Positions 49,207-59,510 of a stretch of DNA of 64,000 bases are shown here, one piece after another; within the stretch, counting starts at the first letter, position 1; the number at the start of each line of letters is the position of its first letter. Below the pieces are notes generated by a model. It saw nothing but the letters and a program-made list of their open reading frames with translations. It searched no databases and was not told the origin of the DNA. The DNA is taken from contig CAVYSW010000003.1 in the NCBI GenBank assembly GCA_963771275.1, positions 896,001-960,000 of the forward strand, in the 5' to 3' direction. The DNA comes from an uncultured Gemmatimonadales bacterium (GTDB taxonomy: Bacteria > Gemmatimonadota > Gemmatimonadetes > Gemmatimonadales > GWC2-71-9). A program made the translations under genes and the position numbers.

Positions 49207-49686
49207 ATGGCAAACGACTTTCCATCCGACCAAGTCCCGACGGTCCCGCCGCCGGACGTGCTGCGCGAGCTGACCGAGCGACTGAACCAGCACCCCGGCA
49301 TTGCCCGCATGGGCATCCGGCTGGATTTCTCGACCCCCGGCGAGGTGCGGGCCGATGTGGACCCCATCGAGCCCCATCACCGCGGCGGCATGGGCACCCC
49401 CGCCGTCAACGGTCCCACCATTGCCGGCGTGTTCGATCTCGTGACCGGGTTCACCGGCTACCTCCAAGCGCTGGGCAAGCGCGTCGGCGTCGCCCAGCTC
49501 AACATCCAGTATCTCCGGCCGGTGCACGGCGACCGGTTTCACGTGATCGGGAAGCCGACCCGCGTGGGCCGCTCGCTCGCGTTCGTCTCGTCCGAGCTGT
49601 TCGACGAGGCGGGCATCGTGTGTGCGCGGAGCGACGGGATCGTCGCACTCTCGAACATCGAGGGGTCCGGGGAGCTGGCACTGTAG
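49207..49686 (+). CDS. PaaI family thioesterase
   Basis: HRGG...VNGPTIAGVFD, LNIQYLRP, GRSLAF. Confidence 0.8.
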   Translation: MANDFPSDQVPTVPPPDVLRELTERLNQHPGIARMGIRLDFSTPGEVRADVDPIEPHHRGGMGTPAVNGPTIAGVFDLVTGFTGYLQALGKRVGVAQLNIQYLRPVHGDRFHVIGKPTRVGRSLAFVSSELFDEAGIVCARSDGIVALSNIEGSGELAL

Positions 49687-49700
49687 GATCCGGCCAGAGG

Positions 49701-49784
49701 CACCGCAGAGCACGCGGAGACCGCAGAGAGCGTTGTGCGTATGTGCGGCATCTCGTCTCTGCGTCCTCCGCGGTCCCTGCGGTG
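49701..49784. repeat. Inverted repeat built from 9-mer units
   Basis: CACCGCAGAGCACGCGGAGACCGCAGAG ... CTCTGCGTCCTCCGCGGTCCCTGCGGTG. Confidence 0.7.
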
Positions 49785-49862
49785 AACATACCAGCCCCAC
49801 CCCCGGGAACCACCGGGCGCCCGTCGCTGTATCCACATTCGAACCCCAGCCCAGAGGTGTTC

Positions 49863-50504
49863 ATGCGACGATTCGGCGTACTGGGCTCCGGCCCGGTGGC
49901 GCAGGCCCTGGCCAAGGGCCTCGAGGCGTACGGTTACGAGGTTCGGATCGGTAGCCGCAGCCCGGAGAAGCTCGCCGACTTTGCCAGCAAGACCGGCATC
50001 GCGACCGGTACCTTCACGGAGGTGGCCGCGTGGGCCGACGCGGTCGTGCTGGCGGTGCTGGGACGGGTCGCCGGAGACGCCCTGCGGCTGGCGGGCGTTG
50101 GGAACCTCAGGGGCAAGCTCGTCATCGACACGACGAACCCCATCAGCGATGCGCCGCCGGTGGACGGCGTGCTGCAGTTCTTCACCGGACCCAATGACTC
50201 GCTCATGGAGCGCCTCCAGGCGGAGTTCCCCGAAACGCAGTTCGTCAAGGCGTTCAACAGCGTCGGCAACGCGCTCATGGTCAACCCGTCGCTCCCGGGC
50301 GGCAAGCCGACCATGTTCTACTGCGGGAACGACGCGCAGGCGAAAGCCGTGGTGGCCCGCATGCTCGAGCAGTTCGGTTGGGAGGGCGCGGACATGGGAA
50401 CCGTGGTGGCGGCCCGCGCCATCGAGCCACTGTGCCAGCTGTGGTGCATCCCCGGTTTGCGCGAGAACCGCTGGACCCACGCGTTCCGACTGCTGCGCCG
50501 CTGA
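49863..50504 (+). CDS. NADP oxidoreductase, F420-dependent family (dinucleotide-binding)
   Basis: GAGGT RBS; GVLGSG, GSR, GKLVIDTTNP, VKAFNSV. Confidence 0.85.
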   Translation: MRRFGVLGSGPVAQALAKGLEAYGYEVRIGSRSPEKLADFASKTGIATGTFTEVAAWADAVVLAVLGRVAGDALRLAGVGNLRGKLVIDTTNPISDAPPVDGVLQFFTGPNDSLMERLQAEFPETQFVKAFNSVGNALMVNPSLPGGKPTMFYCGNDAQAKAVVARMLEQFGWEGADMGTVVAARAIEPLCQLWCIPGLRENRWTHAFRLLRR

Positions 50505-50591
50505 CGGCTGGTGCCCGGAGGCTCGGTCTTGACCGGCTCGCGGGCCCCGGCGAACCTTCGTGTCCTCTGACCATGGCCCGGGAGTGAATCC

Positions 50592-52739
50592 ATGCACGCC
50601 CACGTCGTCGGAACCGCCACGCTCATCCTCGTGCTGCCGATGCTCGCGCCGAACCTCGACGCCCAGACCTGCACCGTCCCCAAGACGAGGACCGTGAACA
50701 CCTTGGACGACTACCACGGCACCAAGGTCGCCGATCCCTACCGCTGGCTCGAGGACGTGGACTCACCGGAGACCAAGGCGTGGGTCGAGGCGGAGAACTG
50801 CGTCACGTTCGCGTTCCTGGAGAGGATTCCCGAGCGCAAGGCCCTGGAGCGGCGGCTCACGGCGATCTGGAACTATCCGCGGTTCGGCACGCCGTTCAAG
50901 GAAGGCGGCCGGTATTTCTTCTCCAAGAACGACGGGCTGCAGAACCAGGCGGTGCTCTACACGCAGCGGAGCCTGGCGGGCGCGCCGGCGACGTTGCTGG
51001 ACCCCAACACCCTGTCGGAAGACGGGACGGTGGCGCTCTCCGGGCTCGCCGTCTCGCGTGACGGGAGGTACCTGGCCTACTCCACGTCGGCGAGCGGATC
51101 CGACTGGCAGGAGTTCCGGGTGCGCGACATCGCGACGGCCAGGGACCTGCCCGACCATCTGCGCTGGGTCAAGTTCTCCGGCGCGTCGTGGACCAAAGAC
51201 GGGAGCGGGTTCTTCTACAGCCGGTACCCGACGCCCAGCGCGGACTCGATGGTCGGCCAGAACCGGTTCCAGAAGCTCTACTACCATGTCGTCGGGACCG
51301 ATCAGGCGCAGGACCCACTCGTGTTCGAGCAGCCTGACGAGCCGGACCGCGGCGTGAGCGCCGACGTGACCGAGGACGGCCGCTACGCGATGCTTGGCAT
51401 CTGGCTCGGGACCGACAGCCGGAACCGGGTCTACTACATGGATCTCGGAGACCCGCAGCGGCCCAATCTCGCGGCGCCGGTGGTCAAGCTGCTCGACGCC
51501 TTCGACGCCACCTACAGCTTCATCGGCAACGACGGGCCCGTTTTCTACTTCCAGACGAACCTCGACGCGCCGCGCGGCCGGCTCATCGCGATTGACGTCC
51601 GCACCCCGGAGCGCGCGAGCTGGCGCGAGCTGATCCCGCAGGGAACCGACGTCCTCTCCGGCGTGGCGCTGATCAACCACACCTTCGTGGCCGAGTATCT
51701 CACGGATGCGCACAGCACGCTCAGGCTGTTCGCCATGGACGGGGCACCGAAAGGGGAGATCGCCCTCCCGACGCTTGGCTCGATCGGCGGGCTCTCGGGC
51801 AAGCCGGACGACCCCGAGATGTTCTACGCGTTCACCTCGTACCTCTACCCCACGACCATCTTCCGGTACGACTTCCGGACGGGCCGGAGCGAGGTGTTCC
51901 GGGCCCCCGAGCTGCCGTTCGACGTCACGCCCTACGAGACGAAGCAGGTGTTCTACACGAGCAAGGACGGCACGCGCGTCCCGATGTTCATCACGCTGAA
52001 GAAGGGGACCAAGCTCGACGGCACGAACCCCACGCTGCTCTACGCCTACGGCGGGTTCGACATCAACCTCACGCCGGGCTTCTCGCCGGCGATCCTGCCG
52101 TGGCTCGAGGTGGGCGGGATCTACGCGGCGCCCAACCTGCGGGGCGGCGGCGAGTACGGCGAGGAGTGGCATGAAGCCGGCATGCACGAGAAGAAACAGA
52201 ACGTGTTCGACGATTTCATCGCGGCCGCCGAGTACCTGATCGCGCAGCGCTACACCTCGACGCCCAAGCTCGCCATCAGCGGGGCCAGCAACGGCGGGCT
52301 GCTGATCGGCGCCGTCATGACCCAGCGGCCCGACCTGTTCGGCGCCACGCTCCCGGCGGTGGGCGTGATGGACATGCTGCGGTTCCACAGGTTCACGATC
52401 GGCTGGGCATGGGTCACCGAGTACGGCTCGGCCGACAGCGCGCAGCAGTTCCCGTACCTCTACCAGTACTCGCCGTACCACAACATCAAGCCGGGAACGA
52501 AGTACCCGCCGACGATGGTGACCACCGCCGATCACGACGACCGGGTGGTGCCCGGGCACTCGTTCAAGTTCGCGGCGCGGCTCCAGGCGGCGCAGGCGGG
52601 CCCGGCCCCGATCCTCATCCGGATCGAGACCAAGGCGGGGCATGGTGCGGGAAAGCCCACCAGCAAGATCATCGAGGAAACGGCCGACCAGTGGGCGTTC
52701 CTGGTCGAGGTGCTGGGGATGCGGAAGGCGAAGACCTAG
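50592..52739 (+). CDS. Prolyl oligopeptidase (S9A), secreted
   Basis: [38 protein letters not shown] catalytic motifs. Confidence 0.95.
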   Translation: MHAHVVGTATLILVLPMLAPNLDAQTCTVPKTRTVNTLDDYHGTKVADPYRWLEDVDSPETKAWVEAENCVTFAFLERIPERKALERRLTAIWNYPRFGTPFKEGGRYFFSKNDGLQNQAVLYTQRSLAGAPATLLDPNTLSEDGTVALSGLAVSRDGRYLAYSTSASGSDWQEFRVRDIATARDLPDHLRWVKFSGASWTKDGSGFFYSRYPTPSADSMVGQNRFQKLYYHVVGTDQAQDPLVFEQPDEPDRGVSADVTEDGRYAMLGIWLGTDSRNRVYYMDLGDPQRPNLAAPVVKLLDAFDATYSFIGNDGPVFYFQTNLDAPRGRLIAIDVRTPERASWRELIPQGTDVLSGVALINHTFVAEYLTDAHSTLRLFAMDGAPKGEIALPTLGSIGGLSGKPDDPEMFYAFTSYLYPTTIFRYDFRTGRSEVFRAPELPFDVTPYETKQVFYTSKDGTRVPMFITLKKGTKLDGTNPTLLYAYGGFDINLTPGFSPAILPWLEVGGIYAAPNLRGGGEYGEEWHEAGMHEKKQNVFDDFIAAAEYLIAQRYTSTPKLAISGASNGGLLIGAVMTQRPDLFGATLPAVGVMDMLRFHRFTIGWAWVTEYGSADSAQQFPYLYQYSPYHNIKPGTKYPPTMVTTADHDDRVVPGHSFKFAARLQAAQAGPAPILIRIETKAGHGAGKPTSKIIEETADQWAFLVEVLGMRKAKT

Positions 52740-53821
52740 CGGCCGGGCGCCCCCGCGTCCTGCAGGAACTGCAGCACCACGATCTCGTCGCGGCGCAGCG
52801 CGGCGGTGGGACGCTCGCGCCGGCGACCGTTCAGCTCCGGCGGGGTCGGGACGATGATGCCCTTGAGGTACGACTCGATGACGGAGGGGTGCACGTAGTA
52901 CTTCCGGCACACGGCACGGGTGTTCCCCAGCCGGCGCGCCACCTGGTCGAGCGCGCGGTTCACGTTGCGGCGCGCGTCGCGTTCCGACGTCGCGGGCCCC
53001 AGCTCCCGCAGGGCGCGCACCGCCAGCATCGTGCCGCTCCAGGTCCGGAAGTCCTTGGCCGTGACGTCACGCCGCGTGACGTGGCGCAGGTAGTCGTTCA
53101 CATCGCCAGAGTCCACGACCTGCCGCTTCCCCGCTTCGTCCACGTACTTGAACAGTTGGTGGCCCGGCAGGTCGTGCAGCTCCCGGACGATCCGCGCCAG
53201 GCGCTGGTCGGTGACCGCCACGCAGTGCTGCACGCCGCTCTTCCCGCGAAACTCGAACGTCAGCGTGTGGCCGCGCACCGCGACGTGGCGGCGCCTGAGC
53301 GTGGTGAGCCCGTACGACTTGTTGGCCTTGGTGTACTCGTCGTTGCCCACGCGAATCAGCGTCTTGTCGAGCAGCCGCACGATCGTCGCCAGGAGCTTGC
53401 GGCGCGGCAGGCCGGGGAGCGCCAGGTCGCGCGCGATCCGCTCGCGCAGCCGCGTGAGCGACTCGCTGAACGCCAGCATCCGCCCGAACTTCGATTCGTC
53501 GCGCAGCGCGCGGAACCGCGGGTGGTAGCGGTACTGCTTGCGTCCCTTGGCGTCGCGGGCCGTCGCCTGGATGTGGCCGCGCGGGTCGGGACAGATCCAC
53601 ACGTCCGTCCAGCCGGGCGGAATCGCGAGCGCCGCGAGGCGGCGCCGCTCCGCACGGTCCGCGATCAGCGTCCCCTCGGGCGCGTAGTACGCGAACCCGT
53701 GGCCCACACGTTTCCGCGTGATGCCGACCTCGCCATCGGTCACGTACTTGAGCCCCGCGGCCTGTGCCGCCGCGGCATGCGTCTCGCGCACCTCGATTGC
53801 GCCCAAGCCTGCCTCCCGCAC
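52736..53821 (-). CDS. DNA topoisomerase IB (bacterial, poxvirus-like)
   Basis: IPPGW, DAKGRKQYRYH, IRVGN, FRGKSG, KDFRTW, LGNTRAVCRKYYVHP; start uncertain. Confidence 0.92.
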   Translation of the reverse strand: MREAGLGAIEVRETHAAAAQAAGLKYVTDGEVGITRKRVGHGFAYYAPEGTLIADRAERRRLAALAIPPGWTDVWICPDPRGHIQATARDAKGRKQYRYHPRFRALRDESKFGRMLAFSESLTRLRERIARDLALPGLPRRKLLATIVRLLDKTLIRVGNDEYTKANKSYGLTTLRRRHVAVRGHTLTFEFRGKSGVQHCVAVTDQRLARIVRELHDLPGHQLFKYVDEAGKRQVVDSGDVNDYLRHVTRRDVTAKDFRTWSGTMLAVRALRELGPATSERDARRNVNRALDQVARRLGNTRAVCRKYYVHPSVIESYLKGIIVPTPPELNGRRRERPTAALRRDEIVVLQFLQDAGAPGR

Positions 53822-54026
53822 GACCTTCGATGAGGCCCATTGTGCGACTTTCGCTGCCCGGCGCGCCAGCGTAGATCACACTTGTCCCACGGGGCGGGAC
53901 GGAGGCGGCCGGTCCCACGGCCCATCCGACCACCTTGACGATGAACCTAACCCGAATCAAAGCATCGAGTTACGGGCTAGGCACCGCGCTGCGGCAGCGC
54001 GGAGATTGCTGAGCGCAGCGCGCCGA

Positions 54027-55121
54027 TCAGCGTGACCTCGCGCCCACGCTCCCCGCGCCCGCGAGCAGCAGCAGCTCGCTCACGTTCTCGAGCGTGAGCA
54101 GCCCCACCACGATGCCGTCCCGCAGGACCGGGATCGAGTTGCACCGCGTTTCCCGCATGCGCGCCACCGCCGCTTCGAGCGGCTCGTGTTCGGTGGCCGT
54201 CTGGCAGCCAGCGCTCGCGAACTCGCCGACCCGCGCCTCGCGCCCCCGCTGCCGCAGGTGCACCACGAGCGCGGAGCGCGACAGCAGGCCGCGCAGCCGG
54301 CCGCCGGCGGTGATCGGGAAATCCTGCTGGGCTCCGGCGAGCAGCTCTTCGGCCGCGTCGCCGAGTGTCGCGTCGTCGGGCAGCATCGTGAACCGCGTCA
54401 TCATCGCGTCCCGCACGCTGAGCCCTTCGAGCGCCACCCGGGTCTCGGTCTGCTGCGCCTCGGACTGTGCGCCGAGGTAGACGAACAGCGCGATGAACAG
54501 CAGGAACGGGTTCGGGATCATGAGCCCCGCGAATCCGAACAGCACGGCCATGCCGGTGCCGGCGTTCGCCGCGATGCGTGTGGCGCGCGCGTAGGGGAGC
54601 TTGAGCGCGAGCAGGGCGCGCAGCACACGCCCGCCGTCCATCGGGAAGGCGGGGAGCAGGTTGAACCCCACGAGCACCACGTTGACGGCCAGCAGCGTGC
54701 CAAGGAAGCTGCCGCCCACGCGGGCGGCGTCCGCCAGCGGTGGCAGCGTGCCGTTGGCGAGCAGCACGGCCCACAGCACGGCCGCGATCCCCACGTTCAC
54801 GGCGGGACCGGCAATCGCCACCAGCAGCTCCTGGCGCGGGTCGTCGGGCATGCGCTCGAGCCGAGCGACCCCACCGATCGGGAGCAGGGTGATGTCCCGG
54901 GTCAGAATCCCAAACCGCCGCGCGGTGAGCGCGTGCCCCAGCTCGTGGAGGATCACGCACCCGAACACCGCCAGCACCAGCGCCACACCCACCGCGACCT
55001 GGGCGGCGTTGGCACCCTGCGACGCGTGCTGCACCACCACCCAGGCAATCAGGATCAGAAACGTCCAGTGCACCTGGAGCCGGATGCCAGCGACCTGGCC
55101 CAGCGACCACGACCCCCGCAT
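54027..55121 (-). CDS. Site-2 protease (M50) with CBS domains
   Basis: HELGH, AGPAVN, FNLLPAFPMDGGR; C-terminal CBS pair. Confidence 0.92.
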   Translation of the reverse strand: MRGSWSLGQVAGIRLQVHWTFLILIAWVVVQHASQGANAAQVAVGVALVLAVFGCVILHELGHALTARRFGILTRDITLLPIGGVARLERMPDDPRQELLVAIAGPAVNVGIAAVLWAVLLANGTLPPLADAARVGGSFLGTLLAVNVVLVGFNLLPAFPMDGGRVLRALLALKLPYARATRIAANAGTGMAVLFGFAGLMIPNPFLLFIALFVYLGAQSEAQQTETRVALEGLSVRDAMMTRFTMLPDDATLGDAAEELLAGAQQDFPITAGGRLRGLLSRSALVVHLRQRGREARVGEFASAGCQTATEHEPLEAAVARMRETRCNSIPVLRDGIVVGLLTLENVSELLLLAGAGSVGARSR

Positions 55122-55188
55122 CGTCACACCTCCCTCGGCTGAGGACCCCGCGCGGGCGCGTGCCCGTTCCGGAATGTATTATGACCGC

Positions 55189-56577
55189 ATGAACTCAGCC
55201 TCGATTCGCTTCCTCGGCGCGGCCGGGACGGTCACCGGCTCCAGGCATCTCGTGGACACCGGTGAGAGCCAGCTGCTGCTCGACTGCGGTCTGTTCCAGG
55301 GACTCAAGGACCTGCGAGAGCGCAACTGGTCGCCGCCGCCGATCGATCTCCAACGGCTCTCGGCCGTTGTCGTGAGTCACGCGCACATCGACCACACGGG
55401 TTACCTCCCCGTGCTGGTGCGCCACGGGTACGGCGGCCCGATTCACTGCACGCCGGCCACCGCGGACCTGCTGAAGCTCGTCCTGCCCGATTCCGCGTAC
55501 CTCCAGCAAGAGCAGGCGGAGTACGCCAACTACCGCGGCTTCTCGCGCCACAAGCCGGCACTGCCGTTGTGCACGGTGGAGGATGCGCAGCAGGCACTCG
55601 CGCTGCTCGAGATCCACGGCTACGACCAGCCGTTCGAGCCGGCGCGCGGCGTGCGCGTCACCTACCGCCCCGCGGGCCACATCCTGGGCTCGGCGAGCGT
55701 GAGCCTGGAGATCGGCCCGCACAGCACACGGCTGACGTTCTCCGGCGACCTCGGCCGTTGGGACCGCCCCGTACTGCCCGACCCTGCCCCCGTGGAGGAA
55801 GCGGACGTCCTGCTGCTGGAGTCCACGTACGGCAACAAGCTCCACCCGCCCCAGGGGGCCGAGGACCTCGCGCGCATCGTGCGCGATGCGGCCGCCCGCG
55901 GGGGCGCGCTCGTCATTCCCGCCTTCGCCGTGGGCCGCACCCAGGAGATCCTCTGGAATCTGCGATCGCTGGAGGGAAGCGGAGACATTCCCGTGTTGCC
56001 GGTGTACGTCGACAGCCCGATGGCGATCGAGGCGACGGACGTCTATCGCACCCACCGGGAAGACCACGACGAGGAGATGACGAAGCTGATGGCCGCGGGC
56101 GTCCGCCCGTTCGCCACGCGTCAGTTCTCCCTCGCGCCGTCGCGCCAGGAATCGATCAAGCTCAACGACGTGCGCGGGCCGGTGATCATCATCTCCGCGA
56201 GCGGGATGGCCACCGGCGGCCGCATCCTTCACCATCTCTCCCTCCGGCTCCCCGACACGCGCACCACCGTGCTGCTCGTCGGCTTTCAGGCGGAAGGCAC
56301 CCGCGGTCGTGCCCTGCAGGAAGGCGCGCGCCACGTCCGGATCCACGGGCACGACGTGCAGGTCCGCGCGCACGTCGAGACGCTGGACGGGCTGTCCGCT
56401 CACGCGGATCAGTCGGAGATCTTCCGCTGGCTGGCGGGATTCCGCCGGCCGCCCAAGGCCGTCTATCTGGTGCACGGCGAGCCGAATGCCGCGCAAGCTC
56501 TGGCGACGGCGATCCACGAGCGGCTCGGCTGGCCGGTGCGGCCGGCGCGCGATGGGGAGAAGGTGCCGTTGATGTAG
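55189..56577 (+). CDS. MBL-fold beta-CASP ribonuclease
   Basis: GAAGTVTGS, HAHIDH, GHILGS, FSGD, ESTYG, PAFAVGR, SAHAD, LVHGE. Confidence 0.92.
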   Translation: MNSASIRFLGAAGTVTGSRHLVDTGESQLLLDCGLFQGLKDLRERNWSPPPIDLQRLSAVVVSHAHIDHTGYLPVLVRHGYGGPIHCTPATADLLKLVLPDSAYLQQEQAEYANYRGFSRHKPALPLCTVEDAQQALALLEIHGYDQPFEPARGVRVTYRPAGHILGSASVSLEIGPHSTRLTFSGDLGRWDRPVLPDPAPVEEADVLLLESTYGNKLHPPQGAEDLARIVRDAAARGGALVIPAFAVGRTQEILWNLRSLEGSGDIPVLPVYVDSPMAIEATDVYRTHREDHDEEMTKLMAAGVRPFATRQFSLAPSRQESIKLNDVRGPVIIISASGMATGGRILHHLSLRLPDTRTTVLLVGFQAEGTRGRALQEGARHVRIHGHDVQVRAHVETLDGLSAHADQSEIFRWLAGFRRPPKAVYLVHGEPNAAQALATAIHERLGWPVRPARDGEKVPLM

Positions 56578-56578
56578 A

Positions 56579-56632
56579 GGAGAAACGGGAACCAGGAAAC
56601 GAGAAGCGTCCGTTCCCCTTTCTCGTTTCCCG
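56579..56632. repeat. Inverted heptamer arrays (GGGAAAC/GTTTCCC family)
   Basis: GAGAAAC GGGAACC AGGAAAC GAGAAGC ... GTTCCCC TTTCTC GTTTCCC. Confidence 0.6.
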
Positions 56633-56653
56633 GATTCGATGAGGGAGACCACC

Positions 56654-58288
56654 ATGGAACGACGCGAACTTCCCCGACGCGAGTTCCTCACGATGCTCGC
56701 GGCTGCATTCCCCGTCGCCGCCTTCGACTGGAACGCCTTCCCCCGCGGGCACACCCGCACGCGCGCGGCCAATGACTACGACGCCATCGTGATCGGCTCG
56801 GGGCTCGGCGGGCTCTCGTGCGCCGCGGCGTTCGCACGCCAGGGGTTCAGGCCGCTCGTGATCGAGCAACACGACAAGCCGGGCGGCTTCGCCACCGCGT
56901 TCGCGCGGCCCGGCGGGTTCCTGTTCGACGTCTCCCTCCACTCGACCACCGTGAGCCCGCGGGACGGCGTCTACAACCTCGTCACCGGCTTCCCCGAGAT
57001 CACCGAGGTCGAGTTTCTCCCCCATCCCACCCTGTTTCGCGCGATCTATCCGGAGCACGATCTCCGCGTAGCCCAGCGGAATCCCGAGGCCTACGTCAAC
57101 CTGCTCACCGGCCTGTTCCCGGACGAGCGCGGGGGGATCGCAGGGCTGTTCGCGGACATGGCGGGTCTCGCCGGCGAGGTCGGCCGGCTGTCGAACGCCG
57201 GCGGCCAGGTCGACATGAGCCGCTTTCCGATCGAGTACCCGCACATCTTCGAGTACAACGGCAAGACGTGGGGCGAGATGGTCGACACGAGCATCCGGAA
57301 CCCGCGCCTCAAGGCGATCGTGTCGGGGCAGTGGGGCTACTACGGGCTCCCCCCCTCCAAGCTGTCGTGCTTCTACTACGCCATGCCGTTCATGGGATAC
57401 CTCAGCGCGGGGGGCTTCTACCCCAAGGGACGGTCCCAGGACATCTCCTCGGCGCTGGCCCGCTACATCGAGGCACACGGCGGGAAGGTCCTGCTCAACA
57501 CGCGGGTCGAGCGGATCCTGCTCGACGGCCAGGCCGCGACCGGGGTGGCCACGGCCGATGGGACCCCATTCACCAGCCGAGTGGTCGTGTCGAACGCCGA
57601 TCCGTTCGCCACGTTCACGCGGATGATCGCGGATCAGTCGGCCCTGGCGGAGTACGAGGCGGCGTGGCAGCGCTACAGCGTGAGCCTGTCGTGCTTCCAG
57701 GTATTCCTCGGCTTGAAGCGCGATCTGGTTGGCAAGCTCGGCATCACCGATTCCGAGATCTTCGTCGAGCCGGGCTACGATCCCGAGGCCGGCTACGCGC
57801 ATGCGCTGGCGGGAGAGGTGGAGCACGGCGGATTCGGCGTCACGCTGTACGACGCCATCTATCGCGGGTATTCCCCGCCGGGCAAGAACACCGTCAACAT
57901 CCTCACACTCCAGGGCTACGGGCCCTGGGAGAAGTTCGCGCCGGACTACTTCGCCGGGCGGAAGGCCGCGTACAACAAGGAGAAGGAGCGGATGGCCGAC
58001 GTGCTGATCCGCAAGGCCGAGCGGACTCTGCTCCCCGGGCTGTCGGACGCGATCGAGGTGAAGGAGATCGGCACCCCGCTCACCAACGTGCGCTATACCG
58101 GCCACCACCGGGGGGCGATCTACGGCTGGGACCAGACGGTGAGCAATTCGGGCTCAACCCGCGTCGGCCACGCGACGCCGATTGAGAACCTCTACCTGGC
58201 GGGAGCGTGGTCCCGTCCCGGGCACGGCTACGGCGCCGTCATCCCGAGCGGCCTCGAGTGCTTCGCCGAGATCGTCCGGACGTGGTGA
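56654..58288 (+). CDS. Phytoene desaturase/retinol saturase-like FAD oxidoreductase with Tat signal
   Basis: RREFL twin-arginine motif; GSGLGG, EQHDKPGG, VVSNAD, TPLT..RY...GAIYG, NLYLAG..PGHG. Confidence 0.85.
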   Translation: MERRELPRREFLTMLAAAFPVAAFDWNAFPRGHTRTRAANDYDAIVIGSGLGGLSCAAAFARQGFRPLVIEQHDKPGGFATAFARPGGFLFDVSLHSTTVSPRDGVYNLVTGFPEITEVEFLPHPTLFRAIYPEHDLRVAQRNPEAYVNLLTGLFPDERGGIAGLFADMAGLAGEVGRLSNAGGQVDMSRFPIEYPHIFEYNGKTWGEMVDTSIRNPRLKAIVSGQWGYYGLPPSKLSCFYYAMPFMGYLSAGGFYPKGRSQDISSALARYIEAHGGKVLLNTRVERILLDGQAATGVATADGTPFTSRVVVSNADPFATFTRMIADQSALAEYEAAWQRYSVSLSCFQVFLGLKRDLVGKLGITDSEIFVEPGYDPEAGYAHALAGEVEHGGFGVTLYDAIYRGYSPPGKNTVNILTLQGYGPWEKFAPDYFAGRKAAYNKEKERMADVLIRKAERTLLPGLSDAIEVKEIGTPLTNVRYTGHHRGAIYGWDQTVSNSGSTRVGHATPIENLYLAGAWSRPGHGYGAVIPSGLECFAEIVRTW

Positions 58289-58365
58289 GCGCCGCGCATA
58301 GCAGTTGCGGATTCTCCGCGAATTCCCAATGGTGATAGACTGAATCTTCGGCTTTGGGGGCTGCG

Positions 58366-58815
58366 ATGCATCCACGATGTTCCGCATTCAGCAACGGTGT
58401 CGCTCGCCTGGTGGGGCTGTGGGCCATCGCTGCGGCGCTCATCTCATTCCCGCCTCGAGTGGCCGGGGCGCAGCGTCTGCCGGCGTTCGTGCCACCCGCG
58501 GGGATGGCGAGTGCCCCACTCAGGCCGTCGCTGCCACAGGACAGCGTGCCGCGACCGAAGCCGCGGACCTACTGGCTCCCCGGCGCCATCCTCGGCACCG
58601 CCGTGTTCGGCTTGCTCGGCGCGTCGTTCGGCGCCGGCTTTTGCGGCTCTGACGACGCGGCGCAGTCGGGCGGATCGTGCGTGTTGGCTGGGGCGGAGGG
58701 GTTCCTGATCGGCGCGGCCGTGGGGTTTCCGCTCGGCGGGCTGATCGGCGGCGCCTTCCCCAGGAAACCGCGCGCCGCCCCGGCGGAGACTCCTCCCGGG
58801 CAACTTCGGCCGTGA
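58366..58815 (+). CDS. Hypothetical Gly-rich membrane protein
   Basis: Signal-like N-terminus, glycine-zipper-like helices; start uncertain. Confidence 0.55.
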   Translation: MHPRCSAFSNGVARLVGLWAIAAALISFPPRVAGAQRLPAFVPPAGMASAPLRPSLPQDSVPRPKPRTYWLPGAILGTAVFGLLGASFGAGFCGSDDAAQSGGSCVLAGAEGFLIGAAVGFPLGGLIGGAFPRKPRAAPAETPPGQLRP

Positions 58816-59100
58816 CAGGCGGGCGCCTACCGGCTGCAGCCGATCTGCGTCGATGACCTGGCGGCGCTCGCGGTGCGCTGCGGGGCGCAATCGGGCACGG
58901 TCACGCACGACGTCGTGATCACACGGGACGAGATCCGCGGACTGATGCCCGGCCTGCTCCATGTCGCCAGCCCGCCGACGGGGACAACTGCGCTCATGCA
59001 ATGGGCACGGGCCCACCGCGCGGGGCTTGGGCTTCGCTACGCCAGCGAGCTTGCTCGCCGGCACCGGACGGGCACGACGACCCAGGAGATATCGCGATGA
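58816..59100 (+). pseudogene. C-terminal remnant of an NAD-dependent epimerase/NDUFA9-like gene
   Basis: YRLQPICVDDLA...DVVITRDEIRGLM..LL...GLRYASELARR, with no start codon or Rossmann N-terminus. Confidence 0.6.
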
Positions 59101-59495
59101 CGCGCTCGAGACTCGCCATGACCACGGCGTTGCTGGCGGCGGCCTGCGCCGGCGCGGCACCCCCGCCGCCCGCGCCGATCGGCGCGGTGCGGACCAGCCT
59201 CCGCGCCGTGGCCTCGGCACAAGAACGTTACTGGCGCGATCACGGGACGTACGCCACCGGCGTGGCGGAGTTGATGCGCTACCCGGGCTGCCGGGTCCAG
59301 CCCGGGGTGACGATCACCATCCACGCGGCCACGGCGAAAGGCTGGGCGGCGTCGGGAACCCATCCCGGATTGGCGGACCGGAGCTGCGTGCAATGGGTGT
59401 CGGAACCGGGTGGGGTCCCGGTGCCGATCACACAACACGATGGCCGCCGCGGCGACGAGGAGCCCGGCGGGGTCGTCTGCGACGCCGAGCCGTAG
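59097..59495 (+). CDS. Small lipoprotein with type IV pilin-like globular domain
   Basis: AGGAG RBS, lipobox AAAC; LRAVASAQERYWRDHGTYA, GVTITI..AT..GWAA. Confidence 0.6.
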   Translation: MTRSRLAMTTALLAAACAGAAPPPPAPIGAVRTSLRAVASAQERYWRDHGTYATGVAELMRYPGCRVQPGVTITIHAATAKGWAASGTHPGLADRSCVQWVSEPGGVPVPITQHDGRRGDEEPGGVVCDAEP

Positions 59496-59510
59496 ACCGA
59501 GCTCACCACC

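Noticed and set aside
58813..58815. In-frame TGA as a second selenocysteine codon
   Set aside because: The two sides belong to unrelated proteins, with no redox-motif context and no convincing SECIS hairpin
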